Part shown: piece by piece, positions 1 to 9,350 of the stretch
Layout of the letters: each line of letters opens with the position of its first letter
Numbering within the stretch: the first letter of the stretch is position 1
Assembly: GCA_017521025.1 (NCBI GenBank)
Contig: JAFXEB010000009.1
Span: forward strand, 382-64,381
Direction of reading: 5' to 3'
Source: Clostridia bacterium
Lineage (GTDB): Bacteria > Bacillota > Clostridia > Oscillospirales > CAG-382
DNA length: 64,000 nucleotides
Made by a program: the position numbers and the translations under genes
The notes under the pieces: generated by a model
The model's input: only the letters and a program-made list of their open reading frames with translations
Database searches by the model: none
Told to the model about the DNA's origin: nothing

Positions 1-17
1 AAATAACACATACAAAC

Positions 18-66
18 AAAAAAAGCGGTGCCTTGTCCTCGTAATCGGGGAGCAAAGCACCGCTTT
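18..66 (-). terminator. Rho-independent terminator after the last gene of the phage structural operon
   Basis: The stem core is gcggtgc (25-31) pairing with gcaccgc (57-63), with further imperfect pairing inside. On the minus strand it is followed by a run of seven T (complement of 18-24). It lies just downstream of the stop at 125. Confidence 0.7.
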
Positions 67-124
67 GTGGTTTATATCAGGTGTGTAAGGTAAAAGAACG
101 CTGATTCAATGTGTTTTTGTCAGG

Positions 125-1243
125 CTATTCTGCGCCTAACATTTTGAATATTTTTCTTGTGTTTGGCAGGTTTATGTTGTACTGGTCGATAATCTCCTCC
201 ACAGAGGTTTTCGCTACGTCCCGTGCGAAGAAAAAAGCGTCATTGCTGTTCATGCCTCTTTCGATCCTCAGCTCGTATTGTGAATTCAATATCCTGTTGT
301 ACCTGTCATATATATCCTTGAAATAGGGCATTATTGCAATATCAACGGGGAAATCCTCGTCAAAGCCGAGACTCTTCAGTGCCGTAAACACTGCGGTGGC
401 GTATTTCTTGCTCATGTTCGTCTCCACAATAAGCGACGCAAGCTCTTTGTATATGTACTCCTTGCTGTAGTCATCAAGGTTACCGTATCTGTCTACATGT
501 CGCTTTACTATGTTGTTTGCAACGGTCATCGCAGATACCGATGGGGTTATCCCGTCATCGTACACGTCTCCCGAGGAGGCACTGCCCGATGAACTGCTGC
601 CTCCCACGTTTACCGTGGGCGCATCCGTGTCTCCGTCACCGTCGGCAGCTCCGTTGTTTTTCAGCCCCTCAAGCATAAGCTCTGCTTCAAGCTTTGCACG
701 CCATTCCTTTTCCTCCGCTTCCAGCTCTGCCCTCCATTTCCGTTCTGCGGCGGCACGGTCAGCGGCACTGCTTTCGCTGTCGGCTCTCAGCCTTTCCAAT
801 TGCATAAGCCTGTCATACAGGTTGCTCTTGTCTGCCATCGTCATATCGGCTTTTTCGGCTGCCATCGCCTTTTCCAGTTCGGCAAGCTCCTTGTTATGAC
901 CGGACAAAAGCTCTGCCTCAGCCTCAGTTTTTGCCCTCGCAAGGCTCGCCAGAGCGTTGCCAAGAGATATGGCTTGGTTGACCCTCAGCAGTGCGCTCTC
1001 TCCTGAGCGAGCCAAGCCTCTCGCCGCCAGCGCCTCCGACAGGTTCTTGGTGTCCAGTGCGTTATCTCCCGCAAGCCTCTGTCGGTCGTGAGCATAGTTT
1101 TCCGAAAGCTGTGCCGCCTCGGTATCGTATGCACTCTTGAGGCTGTCCTTAGCTTTCTGATAAATGTCGCCAAATACCGTGTCATCGGAGGTATAGCTGT
1201 CTATTTCGCTTTTTACCTCGTCTATCAGTTTTTTATAGTCCAT
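125..1243 (-). CDS. Phage-module protein of unknown function (372 aa) with a long Ala/Glu/Leu-rich coiled-coil segment and a Ser/Gly linker
   Basis: A long ORF in the same operon and strand as the capsid genes. It has heptad-like AEAELL/EKEWRAKLEAE segments and a GGSSSSGSASSG linker. It is followed by a terminator. I recognise no catalytic motif. Confidence 0.6.
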   Translation of the reverse strand: MDYKKLIDEVKSEIDSYTSDDTVFGDIYQKAKDSLKSAYDTEAAQLSENYAHDRQRLAGDNALDTKNLSEALAARGLARSGESALLRVNQAISLGNALASLARAKTEAEAELLSGHNKELAELEKAMAAEKADMTMADKSNLYDRLMQLERLRADSESSAADRAAAERKWRAELEAEEKEWRAKLEAELMLEGLKNNGAADGDGDTDAPTVNVGGSSSSGSASSGDVYDDGITPSVSAMTVANNIVKRHVDRYGNLDDYSKEYIYKELASLIVETNMSKKYATAVFTALKSLGFDEDFPVDIAIMPYFKDIYDRYNRILNSQYELRIERGMNSNDAFFFARDVAKTSVEEIIDQYNINLPNTRKIFKMLGAE

Positions 1244-1261
1244 AAATTACTCCTTTCTGCC

Positions 1262-2977
1262 TCAGGTCCCCCTCAGGCTTCTGTCTGCGCTTTTTCCGAA
1301 AAGGTGCAGCTCTGTAAGCTCTGCGTTTTGTGTGCGTGTGGTAAAACTCAGTTTACAACTGTAAAAGCGTTTGAAATAGATACGGGTTCTAAACATTCGG
1401 TGCCCCTTTTCGGTCATTCTTGGCAGATATATCCTCGAGGGGAGCGTAAGTTTTTCTTTACCGTTGCCTCTGTTCAAGAAAAGACTTGCCGAATATTCAT
1501 CGCTTCCCTCTACCGCAACCGCAAGCCCGTACAGGGATTTAAGAAGATATGGCTCTCCAAAGGTACAAAAGGGCGTTGAAAAGCCTGCCTCAATAATTGC
1601 TCCTCCGTCGGTGTCGTAGTCTTCCGAGAATAGGTATATCATACCTTGCACATTGTTCAGAGCGAAAAGAATACCGTTCTCGTGCTCACAAAGAGTAGAT
1701 ATACGCCCGATTCTGTGCTTATAAAAGCAGTCTGTGCCGTAGTTGTAGACCACTATGTCGTTGCCGAAAACAAACCACAGCTCTGTCTTTGCTTTTCTGC
1801 AACACATCTTTACAAACTCAGGCTCCTTTGCCATAGCAGCGGCATAGCCAAACACTCTTTCCGAAAACATCACAGCGTTCCTTTCGTCCGCTATGTCTGT
1901 GGAAACCCACTTATTAAAGCCATCCGCACATATAGTGATAGGTGTGTTGTCCACCGAGGGCGCATTACCTTTTACAAGGTTGCCCTTGCTTCCGTTCAGC
2001 TCGTAAACGGGGAACGAGGTATAAGTGTTGCCAAGGCTATCCGTTCTCAGCTCGGGATAGGTGAAATATGAGCAGTCCTTGCAGAATACAAGCAGCCTGC
2101 CAAAGCAGGACGCTAAGGACCTTACCTCCGTGTCAAAAACGTGATAGCTTGTGTCGGTAAAGTACTCGCCCGTAGGTATCCCGTCTCCAAGCTCTGTGTG
2201 AAACAGATAGTTTGGATAGTCGGGATTACCGTACATAAACAGTCTGTTGTTGAATACTGCACCGTATCTGCAACCTCTTATCTTGTTATTGCCATCTCCC
2301 GAGGTCCTTGCCAAATAGCATATCTCCACGTTGTTCAGGCCCTCTGCGGGTGCGCTGTCAAATACGACCCTTCCTTCGTTTATCTTGTTTATATAGCCGC
2401 TGCTTAAGGAGGTACCGTTGACCGTTACGCTCCTTACAGCTATGATGTTCTTTTCGGGCAGACGGTAATCCGTTGCAACGCCGTCACCGTTGTAGCGTAC
2501 ACGCCTCAGCCCCGTTATTATGTTTGGTGCCTCCAGCGCCGTGCCGCCACTGCAATCGGGTGATGCCGAGGTAAGCACTATGGGCGCATAGCCCTCCACC
2601 TCGTTGACTATACCGCCATCGGTTTTGTAAAATCCGTCACCAAGGCAATATATATATCCCGAAAAGGGTACAAAGCTGTATATGCTGTCCTCCACGTAGC
2701 CTATGGCTCCCGCAATACCGTCAGACAGCCTGTACACCCATTCGCCGTCGTAGGCAAGGGTAAAGCTCTCTCCACCCATATTGCCGTTCCATAAAAGCCT
2801 TACGTGGTTTGTCCCCGTGCGTGCGTACTCCCCATAGCCGCAGCGCGTCTTCAGGTTTCCGTTTGGCTCTACCGTAAAGTTTTCCATATCGGGAAAGCTC
2901 GCAACAGAGGTCGAAATGCCTGCCCTTTGGTCAAGCCCTGCAAAGCCCTTACAGCTAAGTGAAAACGTCTTAGCCAT
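1262..2977 (-). CDS. Phage structural protein (about 571 aa), a tail, nozzle or tubular-type candidate
   Basis: This is the largest ORF downstream of the head genes and looks beta-rich (many G/Y/N/T). The track ORF begins at a TTG at 2998. The ATG at 2977 (MAKTF...) overlaps the upstream stop (atggctaa), as expected for translational coupling. The function is inferred from position only. Confidence 0.55.
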   Translation of the reverse strand: MAKTFSLSCKGFAGLDQRAGISTSVASFPDMENFTVEPNGNLKTRCGYGEYARTGTNHVRLLWNGNMGGESFTLAYDGEWVYRLSDGIAGAIGYVEDSIYSFVPFSGYIYCLGDGFYKTDGGIVNEVEGYAPIVLTSASPDCSGGTALEAPNIITGLRRVRYNGDGVATDYRLPEKNIIAVRSVTVNGTSLSSGYINKINEGRVVFDSAPAEGLNNVEICYLARTSGDGNNKIRGCRYGAVFNNRLFMYGNPDYPNYLFHTELGDGIPTGEYFTDTSYHVFDTEVRSLASCFGRLLVFCKDCSYFTYPELRTDSLGNTYTSFPVYELNGSKGNLVKGNAPSVDNTPITICADGFNKWVSTDIADERNAVMFSERVFGYAAAMAKEPEFVKMCCRKAKTELWFVFGNDIVVYNYGTDCFYKHRIGRISTLCEHENGILFALNNVQGMIYLFSEDYDTDGGAIIEAGFSTPFCTFGEPYLLKSLYGLAVAVEGSDEYSASLFLNRGNGKEKLTLPSRIYLPRMTEKGHRMFRTRIYFKRFYSCKLSFTTRTQNAELTELHLFGKSADRSLRGT

Positions 2978-3365
2978 GATATCTATAACAGTCCTCAATG
3001 GGGTGCGCCCTCCCCGTGACTGTCTCCTCCAGTCGCCTTATGGCAAGCAAATAATGCTCACGCATCAGCTTATATATCGCCGTGTCCTCGTCAGCTATCA
3101 GCAACGCCGCCAGACCGTAGGGCAATACCCCGTAGCATAGACGTTCATCCTGCGTAAGCTCGTCCTCCAAGGACTCAATGTATACCGCCCTCACTTCACT
3201 GTCCTTCTTCAGCCATCTGTCAAGGTACAGCGTCTCTGCGGTGAGCACGCCTATCAGGTCGGGCGCACGGTTCAGATAATCGGCGCAGTCAGGGTGGTCA
3301 CCGTCGTCGATGCTCCTTACCCCAAGCAGATTTGTGGCAAGGTCATATAGTTCTTTTGCTTTCAT
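2970..3365 (-). CDS. Phage head-completion or adaptor candidate (131 aa)
   Basis: A small helical protein placed between the capsid block and the large structural gene. The assignment rests on position only. Confidence 0.45.
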   Translation of the reverse strand: MKAKELYDLATNLLGVRSIDDGDHPDCADYLNRAPDLIGVLTAETLYLDRWLKKDSEVRAVYIESLEDELTQDERLCYGVLPYGLAALLIADEDTAIYKLMREHYLLAIRRLEETVTGRAHPIEDCYRYHG

Positions 3366-3403
3366 TCAATACTCCTCCAAAAATATATCGGTGCATACGA
3401 AAA

Positions 3404-3437
3404 AAGGGGCTGTAAAAACAAAGTTTTACAGCCCCTT
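3404..3437 (-). terminator. Intra-operon terminator after the capsid/119-aa gene pair
   Basis: Perfect 14-bp stem aaggggctgtaaaa (3404-3417) with ttttacagcccctt (3424-3437). On the minus strand it is followed by TTTTTTC. A site downstream of the major capsid gene is typical for boosting capsid mRNA with partial read-through. Confidence 0.7.
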
Positions 3438-3554
3438 TGGGGTTTCATATTCGATGGGCGTCAACGAATCAAGGCGACATACTGCAATTTAATACGCTGT
3501 TTGCCGCCCTCGTGCACCCAAATATATACCCCTGCGCATTATATTACCGGTACT

Positions 3555-3914
3555 TTAATGAGCCTCCACGGGCAGAGCCTGCACAGCCCACATCTTGGCA
3601 CCCACCGCATTGGGCGCTACGGAGAAGGTAACGCCGTTCTTGGTTCTGGTACGTATGCTGTCTATAAATAAAACACCTACGTTTCCGATAGGGATAGCGT
3701 TTGTGGATACGGGCGCCGAACCGCAATACTCACCCTCGAGAAAGCTCACGCACACCTCGTCGGAGCCCTCTCTGTTGTCTATTACGAGAAAGCACTTGTC
3801 ATCGGGTGCCTGGGTGTCGAGAGTATAGTAAAAGTCATCGTCAGAGACAACACTTGTAAGAGCGACTGCCTCGTATGCGTTTTTAAGTGTGGTTACGGGA
3901 ATCTTAGTTGCCAT
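3555..3914 (-). CDS. Phage protein of 119 aa directly after the major capsid gene (decoration or head-associated candidate)
   Basis: The ORF is tightly spaced, 23 nt after the capsid gene stop, on the same strand. No motif was recognised. Confidence 0.5.
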   Translation of the reverse strand: MATKIPVTTLKNAYEAVALTSVVSDDDFYYTLDTQAPDDKCFLVIDNREGSDEVCVSFLEGEYCGSAPVSTNAIPIGNVGVLFIDSIRTRTKNGVTFSVAPNAVGAKMWAVQALPVEAH

Positions 3915-3937
3915 TGTATATCCTCCTTAGTTTGTAT

Positions 3938-4765
3938 TTATATGTCATTATTGCCGTCTCTGGCGGGCATTGCAACAAGCTCGTCGGGACGGATGACCTT
4001 TGCGCCGAAGACTATTCTGCCTCTGACTGCGGTATCAAAGCTGTCCTCCAGTCTGTCGATGACCTGAGTCTCAAGTATCTGCTCTGCGTAAGCGATAGAG
4101 CTGTAGGAGCCTGCCAGCATAAAGGTGTTGCCTGCTTCGTCCGTGGCAAGGTGGTTGGAAACGTAGATATCACAGCCAAGCTCGTCTGTGAAGCCTGTGC
4201 TGCCGGTACCGTTGATGCCCTGATTTACAGAAAACTTTACGCCTGCAAGTAAAAGCTTTGTCTTGATAAAGGGAGGCACAACTATCCATATTCTTCCGTC
4301 GGGTACGTTCTTCTCTTCAAGCACCTGCTTCATCTCGGCAATAGCCTGAAGCACGTTGGCAGGGGTTGCCTCCAGACTGCCCAACTGGGTGCCTGCCTGC
4401 GTGTAAAGAGAAAATACGTATGAGTCTACCTGACTCTTAAGGTTGTAGGAGGCACGCTTTGTCTGTGAGTCTTTAAGACCTACGCTGCTTCTGAGCTCCT
4501 CTATATCCTTTACCTTAAAAGAAAACGCCTTGTCCTGATTGATATAAAGGGTGGTAGCAGCATCGTCGATATCCTCGTAGGTCACCTCGCCGGTGTAATC
4601 GTATACAGAGGGCTCGGAAAGACCTACAAAGGTCACGCTGTCGCCTGCGTTTTTGATATCGCCACTGAAATCGGTGTAGCAAATGGTGTTTGCAAGCAGG
4701 TTGTCCTCGTTAGTACGGAGTATCTCCGCTGCGATGATTTTTTCAATACTGTTGTAGTTAGCCAT
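3938..4765 (-). CDS. Major capsid protein (275 aa; small HK97-fold, P22-coat/N4-gp56-like type)
   Basis: It lies immediately after the scaffold gene. Size and composition fit small major capsid proteins. A strong SD-like aagaaaggaag lies upstream of the ATG. The family assignment is from memory of similar sequences and has not been searched. Confidence 0.75.
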   Translation of the reverse strand: MANYNSIEKIIAAEILRTNEDNLLANTICYTDFSGDIKNAGDSVTFVGLSEPSVYDYTGEVTYEDIDDAATTLYINQDKAFSFKVKDIEELRSSVGLKDSQTKRASYNLKSQVDSYVFSLYTQAGTQLGSLEATPANVLQAIAEMKQVLEEKNVPDGRIWIVVPPFIKTKLLLAGVKFSVNQGINGTGSTGFTDELGCDIYVSNHLATDEAGNTFMLAGSYSSIAYAEQILETQVIDRLEDSFDTAVRGRIVFGAKVIRPDELVAMPARDGNNDI

Positions 4766-4786
4766 AAATTACTTCCTTTCTTGATT

Positions 4787-5323
4787 CTATATTTTCCATT
4801 TTCCGAGAGAGCGCAGTATCTGCGGAAAGCTTCTCTTTACCGCATCGGGTGACATAGCCTCCACTTCCTCCATGGTAAGCTCACCCTCGCCCTCCTCGTT
4901 GTTTACGGGAGGCAGGGCAGCGCTCCCGTTCCTTTCGTTTACGCCGTTTGCGTAGGCGTTACCGTTGCCCTCGGTTACAAGATAAAGGGCGTAAGAGTAG
5001 GGTAGAGGAATGCCCTTTTGCATATCCTCCCAAACTGCGTCGGGGATGTCCTCGGCGCCTACCTCAGGGAAAAGGGCTCTGAAACGCTTTATCTCAGCGT
5101 TCAGCTTCTCCTTTTCCTCTGCGCCTCTTGCGTTTTCCCTGGCGGTGCGCCTGCTGTCGTGGGCAGACTTGATATAGCCTCTTGCCGTCTCGGGAATAGC
5201 CGAAATGCTCTTCTCAAAAAGGCTGTCGCTTTGCACCTGCAAAGCGGTAAGAAGCTCCTCTACCGTACTGCCTGAATCCTCTGCTATATCGCAGAGCGTG
5301 TTGTAAGCCTGTTCCTTTGTCAT
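4787..5323 (-). CDS. Capsid scaffolding protein (178 aa)
   Basis: An acidic, helical, Glu/Ala-rich protein between the portal and capsid genes. Its start overlaps the portal stop by 4 nt. Confidence 0.6.
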   Translation of the reverse strand: MTKEQAYNTLCDIAEDSGSTVEELLTALQVQSDSLFEKSISAIPETARGYIKSAHDSRRTARENARGAEEKEKLNAEIKRFRALFPEVGAEDIPDAVWEDMQKGIPLPYSYALYLVTEGNGNAYANGVNERNGSAALPPVNNEEGEGELTMEEVEAMSPDAVKRSFPQILRSLGKWKI

Positions 5324-6885
5324 ATTGCTCCTTCCTCCTTTACCTCTGCCTCTGCTTCTGCGCCCTGCACCTCGTTCATGAGCTCTGCCTTCATGGGTAT
5401 CAGCTTGTCGGGTATGCGCTCAAGGTACTGCTTCATTCCTATTTTGCCCGATTGTAAGAGAGCGTCCAGCGTATTAAGTGAAGCTATCTCGGACCAATAG
5501 CTTGCAGTGCCTGCCTCTACCTGACAGTCAAAGGCAAAACGCTTGTAGCGGCTAAGGGGCAGTGCCTCGTAGCCGTCCTCGCCCGTTTCGATAAGTCGCA
5601 TATCGTCATAGTATGCGAAAATGAAATCAAGCCATACAAGTCCTATCGCCTCGGCAAAGCCAAAGAGGTTGCGCTTGATGTTCTCCAGTGGCATCGCCGA
5701 TGCCTGCTGCAGTGCAATAATGGCAGAGGTGTTCTTGGGGTCCACGTCGCCCAGTGCGGTGTCGGTGGCACCCATAAACTCCTTGGTGTGACTTATTGCC
5801 ATGGACAGAAGCTCCAGCATACCGGATTGCATCTGTCCCGCCGGCAGGACCTTTGCAACGCTGTCTACGCTTCCGTTTACTGCGATGGCCTCGCCCACCT
5901 TGTTCGTCCAGTTGTCTATGATGGTCGAGTCATATACAACCTTTGAAAACGCAGTGTCCATCATGTGCTTCATAGCCATGGCAAAACCCTTGTTGATAAA
6001 AATCTGGTTTTCAATAAGTCCTGTGGCAACCGCTTGACCGTGCCACGAATTTTTGACGGCGGTCCAGTTCATAAAGCATACGGGATACATAGTGAGGGGT
6101 GTGACCGTTTCAGGACATATTACGGCGTTTTTAACTGACTTGCGGTAGCAGACCTTTCCGTTTTCGTCCTTCCACAGCTTGATCAGCGCCGTGCACTTGG
6201 TACCCTCCAGCTCCTTCGCTGCCATATCGCCGCTTTGGGTAGCTGTATCGTCGTCAGGGCGAATCTTGCTTATCTCCTTTTCAGACACCCCGTTTTCCTT
6301 TGCGGCTTTGATAAGCGACGGTAAGGTCTCACGGGAGGAGATAAGGATATAAGGCTGAGTCTGTACGTTCTTACTGTTGGGATTGCCAAAGAACACGTTT
6401 GTGTTGTCCACAAGCACTGTCCTGAAATCCCCCGTAAAGGGTTGACCTGTCTTCACGGACTTGTCCCAATATGTGTATGCAACAGCATCTCCGCTAAGGG
6501 CGGCATCCGTAAGGGCACCGTAAAGCAGGTCGTTAAGCTTCAGCTTATCAGCCTTGACTCCGATAATTTTATTGATAACCTCGGTAATGCCGTCAGCCTC
6601 CTCCTTGGAGACACCGCCTTTATTACCGAATGGCGAGGCATAGTTATAGCGTATAGCCGTGCGGCTCTGCATTATGTTTGATATGTAGTAGCCGATAATA
6701 CGCTTGAAAATATTGAACACGGGCTTAGGCAGTCCTCCTGCATCCACGCCCGTCCACTGGTCTCCTCTGTAAAACCTTTCGTTGCGGTTTACAGTGGAAT
6801 AGAGGTCGATGGAATAGTTGTATTCCTTGCCTTTTTCAAATAAAAGCCAGTCCTCTGTGCATTCATTCCTTTTGCTTTTGAACAT
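5320..6885 (-). CDS. Portal protein (521 aa)
   Basis: The size and the position directly after the large terminase and before the scaffold and capsid genes follow the canonical order. Confidence 0.75.
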   Translation of the reverse strand: MFKSKRNECTEDWLLFEKGKEYNYSIDLYSTVNRNERFYRGDQWTGVDAGGLPKPVFNIFKRIIGYYISNIMQSRTAIRYNYASPFGNKGGVSKEEADGITEVINKIIGVKADKLKLNDLLYGALTDAALSGDAVAYTYWDKSVKTGQPFTGDFRTVLVDNTNVFFGNPNSKNVQTQPYILISSRETLPSLIKAAKENGVSEKEISKIRPDDDTATQSGDMAAKELEGTKCTALIKLWKDENGKVCYRKSVKNAVICPETVTPLTMYPVCFMNWTAVKNSWHGQAVATGLIENQIFINKGFAMAMKHMMDTAFSKVVYDSTIIDNWTNKVGEAIAVNGSVDSVAKVLPAGQMQSGMLELLSMAISHTKEFMGATDTALGDVDPKNTSAIIALQQASAMPLENIKRNLFGFAEAIGLVWLDFIFAYYDDMRLIETGEDGYEALPLSRYKRFAFDCQVEAGTASYWSEIASLNTLDALLQSGKIGMKQYLERIPDKLIPMKAELMNEVQGAEAEAEVKEEGAI

Positions 6886-6901
6886 ATAAAGCTCCTTTCT
6901 G

Positions 6902-8257
6902 TCAATAATCTATAATGCTTCTGTAAGGCTCTCTTTCCGGTCTTCGTCCCTCGAAGCTCCTTGAATAGGGCAGAGGCTTTTCCTTTTTCCCCTCTGAGCG
7001 GGGCACCCTTGACATCAAGCCATAGCGCAGCGCCTCAGGTGCGTGGGTTATCTCGTGGGGCGTATCTGCCGCATCCTCACGCACGTTGCTGTCAAAGCGA
7101 AGCAAGGGCAGACAGCGTATAAGGTTGTCACAGCCTCTGAAAATGCAAAGCGCACTTTTGCCGTCCTCCCCGTCCTTCAGATATTCTCTTACGATGCGCC
7201 AGCCGTTTATGCGCTCATTTTGCGCCTTCTTAAGCCCCGTAAGCCCTGCCGCTGTCATTATCTCGGCTCCGCTTTTTCCGCTTTCCTGCCGCCTGTTCCA
7301 AAGGTCAGGTGACGCCACCGTATACCGTATGCTCTCCTGCCTCGGCGTGGCTGCCCTTATCTTGGCGGCAGCCTCCGACAACAGCAGTCCCGATTCATAT
7401 AGCTCTCTGTAAACGTAGACCCGCCCCTCCGGCGATATGGCAAACCATAGGCAGGCAGTCATATCAAGACCGTAGTCGAGAGCTCTGAATCTTTGCCAAT
7501 CGGGCGGTATCTCAAAGGGCACGCATACGTGCACTTCCTCGCAAAACTCAGGAAAGAAGGCACCTTCAAAGGAATTCCAATCCCCGTAAAGCATCGCCGC
7601 ACGCCGTTTTTCGGGCAATGCCATCAGCGTTTCTACGTATTCGGGATTGTTCTCCATGATATATGCGTTGTCAAAGACAAGCGAGCGTATAAAGGCGTAG
7701 TTTTCCGCCTTTTCGTTTCCACGGTACTGTCTGTCCACGAAAAGGCGCTTGAACCAATCGTGTCCCACACCGCCGGGGTTGGCTGTAAGGAACATACGGG
7801 GCGTAAATGGCTTTTTCATGCTCCCCGATGCTCTGTTGCACTCCGTAAGGCACTGAAACTGAAAATAGGTAAAGTGTGTAGCCTCCTCCATCCCTATGAC
7901 CTCGTAGGACTGTCCCTGATATTGCAAAACGTCACTTTCACCGTCGCAATAGCCAAGCTTTATGCGGCTTCCGTTGCCAAAGCGGAACTCCTTCTGACTC
8001 TCCCGATATTCGGCAATGCCCGTAAGCAGCTTTTGCAGGGGGAGTATGTGGTTCTCTCTCAGCTCGCCCAGCGTGCGCCTCAGCAAAAGAATGTTGATGC
8101 CCTCGTAATTCACTGCCAAAAGTACCATCTTCATACGCATTGCCCAGCTCTTTCCGCCGCCCCTTGCACCACCGTAAGCCGTATACCGTGCCGACGACTC
8201 AAAAAACAGCCTCTGTTTTTCGTTGGGACATATAAGTATCTCGCTCATTTCGCCCAA
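6902..8257 (-). CDS. terL: Terminase large subunit
   Basis: It has an N-terminal Walker A (YGGARGGGKSW), a later IGMEEATH (Walker B/coupling-like) motif and a C-terminal nuclease-type acidic region. It overlaps terS by 13 nt. Confidence 0.9.
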   Translation of the reverse strand: MGEMSEILICPNEKQRLFFESSARYTAYGGARGGGKSWAMRMKMVLLAVNYEGINILLLRRTLGELRENHILPLQKLLTGIAEYRESQKEFRFGNGSRIKLGYCDGESDVLQYQGQSYEVIGMEEATHFTYFQFQCLTECNRASGSMKKPFTPRMFLTANPGGVGHDWFKRLFVDRQYRGNEKAENYAFIRSLVFDNAYIMENNPEYVETLMALPEKRRAAMLYGDWNSFEGAFFPEFCEEVHVCVPFEIPPDWQRFRALDYGLDMTACLWFAISPEGRVYVYRELYESGLLLSEAAAKIRAATPRQESIRYTVASPDLWNRRQESGKSGAEIMTAAGLTGLKKAQNERINGWRIVREYLKDGEDGKSALCIFRGCDNLIRCLPLLRFDSNVREDAADTPHEITHAPEALRYGLMSRVPRSEGKKEKPLPYSRSFEGRRPEREPYRSIIDY

Positions 8258-8628
8258 TCCTTGGCGCTGCCCTTGATGACCACGGTCTCTGCTTCTCCGG
8301 CGGTGTCCTCGCTCTTGTCTCTGTACCCGTGATTGTTCTTCAGATCAAAGGAAAGCACCGCAGGCGGCAGCTTCCCTCTAAAGGCAAGCTGCTTCTTTAT
8401 GGCGGCTATGCGGTTCCTCGCTTTCCTCAGCTCAAAACCGTACACCCTGTCCTTCTCAAGAGCAAAAAGCCCCTCACGGGTAGTCCCCAGATAATCCGCC
8501 AGCGATTCAACGTCTGCCACTGTGTCGGGATGCTCCGTCAGGAAAACCTCAAAGTATGCGCAAAGTCTGCTTATGCAGTCCTCTGCATTTAAAAAGACCG
8601 CCTCCTCAGGCGGTCTTCGCTTGTTCAT
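8245..8628 (-). CDS. terS: Terminase small subunit (127 aa)
   Basis: A small basic/acidic helical protein immediately upstream of terL and overlapping it. Confidence 0.7.
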   Translation of the reverse strand: MNKRRPPEEAVFLNAEDCISRLCAYFEVFLTEHPDTVADVESLADYLGTTREGLFALEKDRVYGFELRKARNRIAAIKKQLAFRGKLPPAVLSFDLKNNHGYRDKSEDTAGEAETVVIKGSAKDWAK

Positions 8629-8745
8629 AGGGGGTTGCCTCCTTTCCTCGTTTTTTGGCGTTCTTTTCCCTTACACCCTCATTATAGCACCCGCTACCCC
8701 CGTTTTTCATCCCGTTTTTGTCCCGTCTTTTTCTCTCGCTATGCC

Positions 8746-8774
8746 TTGACGTAAGGGTAGCTTTCGTGTATAAT
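8746..8774 (+). promoter_or_regulatory. Sigma-A type promoter for the GtrA-like gene
   Basis: TTGACG (8746-8751), a 17-nt spacer, then TATAAT (8769-8774). The SD aaaggagg lies at 8781-8788 and the ATG at 8800. Confidence 0.7.
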
Positions 8775-8799
8775 ATCTTAAAAGGAGGCGACGTTTGCG

Positions 8800-9213
8800 A
8801 TGTCTGTTATTAAAAAGCTGTGGAATTTTGCTTTCCATACCGAAAAGGGACTGTACCTTGTGTTCGGCGCCCTCACCACTTTTGTGTCTCTGGTGGCGTT
8901 CTACGGTTCTATGTGGATATATCCCAACTACTGGGTGGCAACCGTGCTCAGGAACGTGGCAGGTATCCTCTTTGCCTACTTCACCAACAGAGGTATGGTC
9001 TTCGGCTCCACTGCCAAGGGCAACGAGAAAGCACTTGAGTTTTTCAAGTTCGTTTCCTCCCGCCTCGTTACCTTCGCCCTCGACCTCCTTATGATGTTCG
9101 TTATGGTCGATATTATGGGCATCAATGAGCTGATAGCCGGTCTTCTTTCCATGGTTGTGGTGATAATTCTCAACTACGTTCTCAGCAAGGTTTTCGTTTT
9201 TAAAAAGAAATAG
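8800..9213 (+). CDS. GtrA family membrane protein (137 aa)
   Basis: It has four hydrophobic helices. The N-terminal pattern F..RF..VG...T.....L and the length are typical of GtrA-like proteins. Confidence 0.8.
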   Translation: MSVIKKLWNFAFHTEKGLYLVFGALTTFVSLVAFYGSMWIYPNYWVATVLRNVAGILFAYFTNRGMVFGSTAKGNEKALEFFKFVSSRLVTFALDLLMMFVMVDIMGINELIAGLLSMVVVIILNYVLSKVFVFKKK

Positions 9214-9350
9214 TGCACCTTGCACAAAAACCCGCACCGTTTTTTGTGCAAATGATAAAAAGTTAAATTTACCCTTTACTGTTAGCGTTTTTAGTGCTAT
9301 AATGTTTACTGACAATTTGTGCGATACTGCACCGTTGTGGAGGTTATTCA

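Larger units (their letters stand above)
1..8700 (-). mobile_element. Phage-derived head/packaging module: a prophage end, a remnant, or a satellite/GTA-like locus. The left limit lies outside the window or at the terminator at 18-66.
   Basis: Nine co-directional, tightly packed genes run in the order terS, terL, portal, scaffold, capsid and others. No integrase, lysis, tail tape-measure or replication genes are visible. Host-type genes begin at 8800. Confidence 0.65.

Noticed and set aside
125-1243. The 372-aa coiled-coil phage protein as a tail tape-measure protein
   Set aside because: It is too short for a tape measure of a long-tailed phage. No tail tube, chaperone or frameshift genes accompany it. 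I left it as function unknown.
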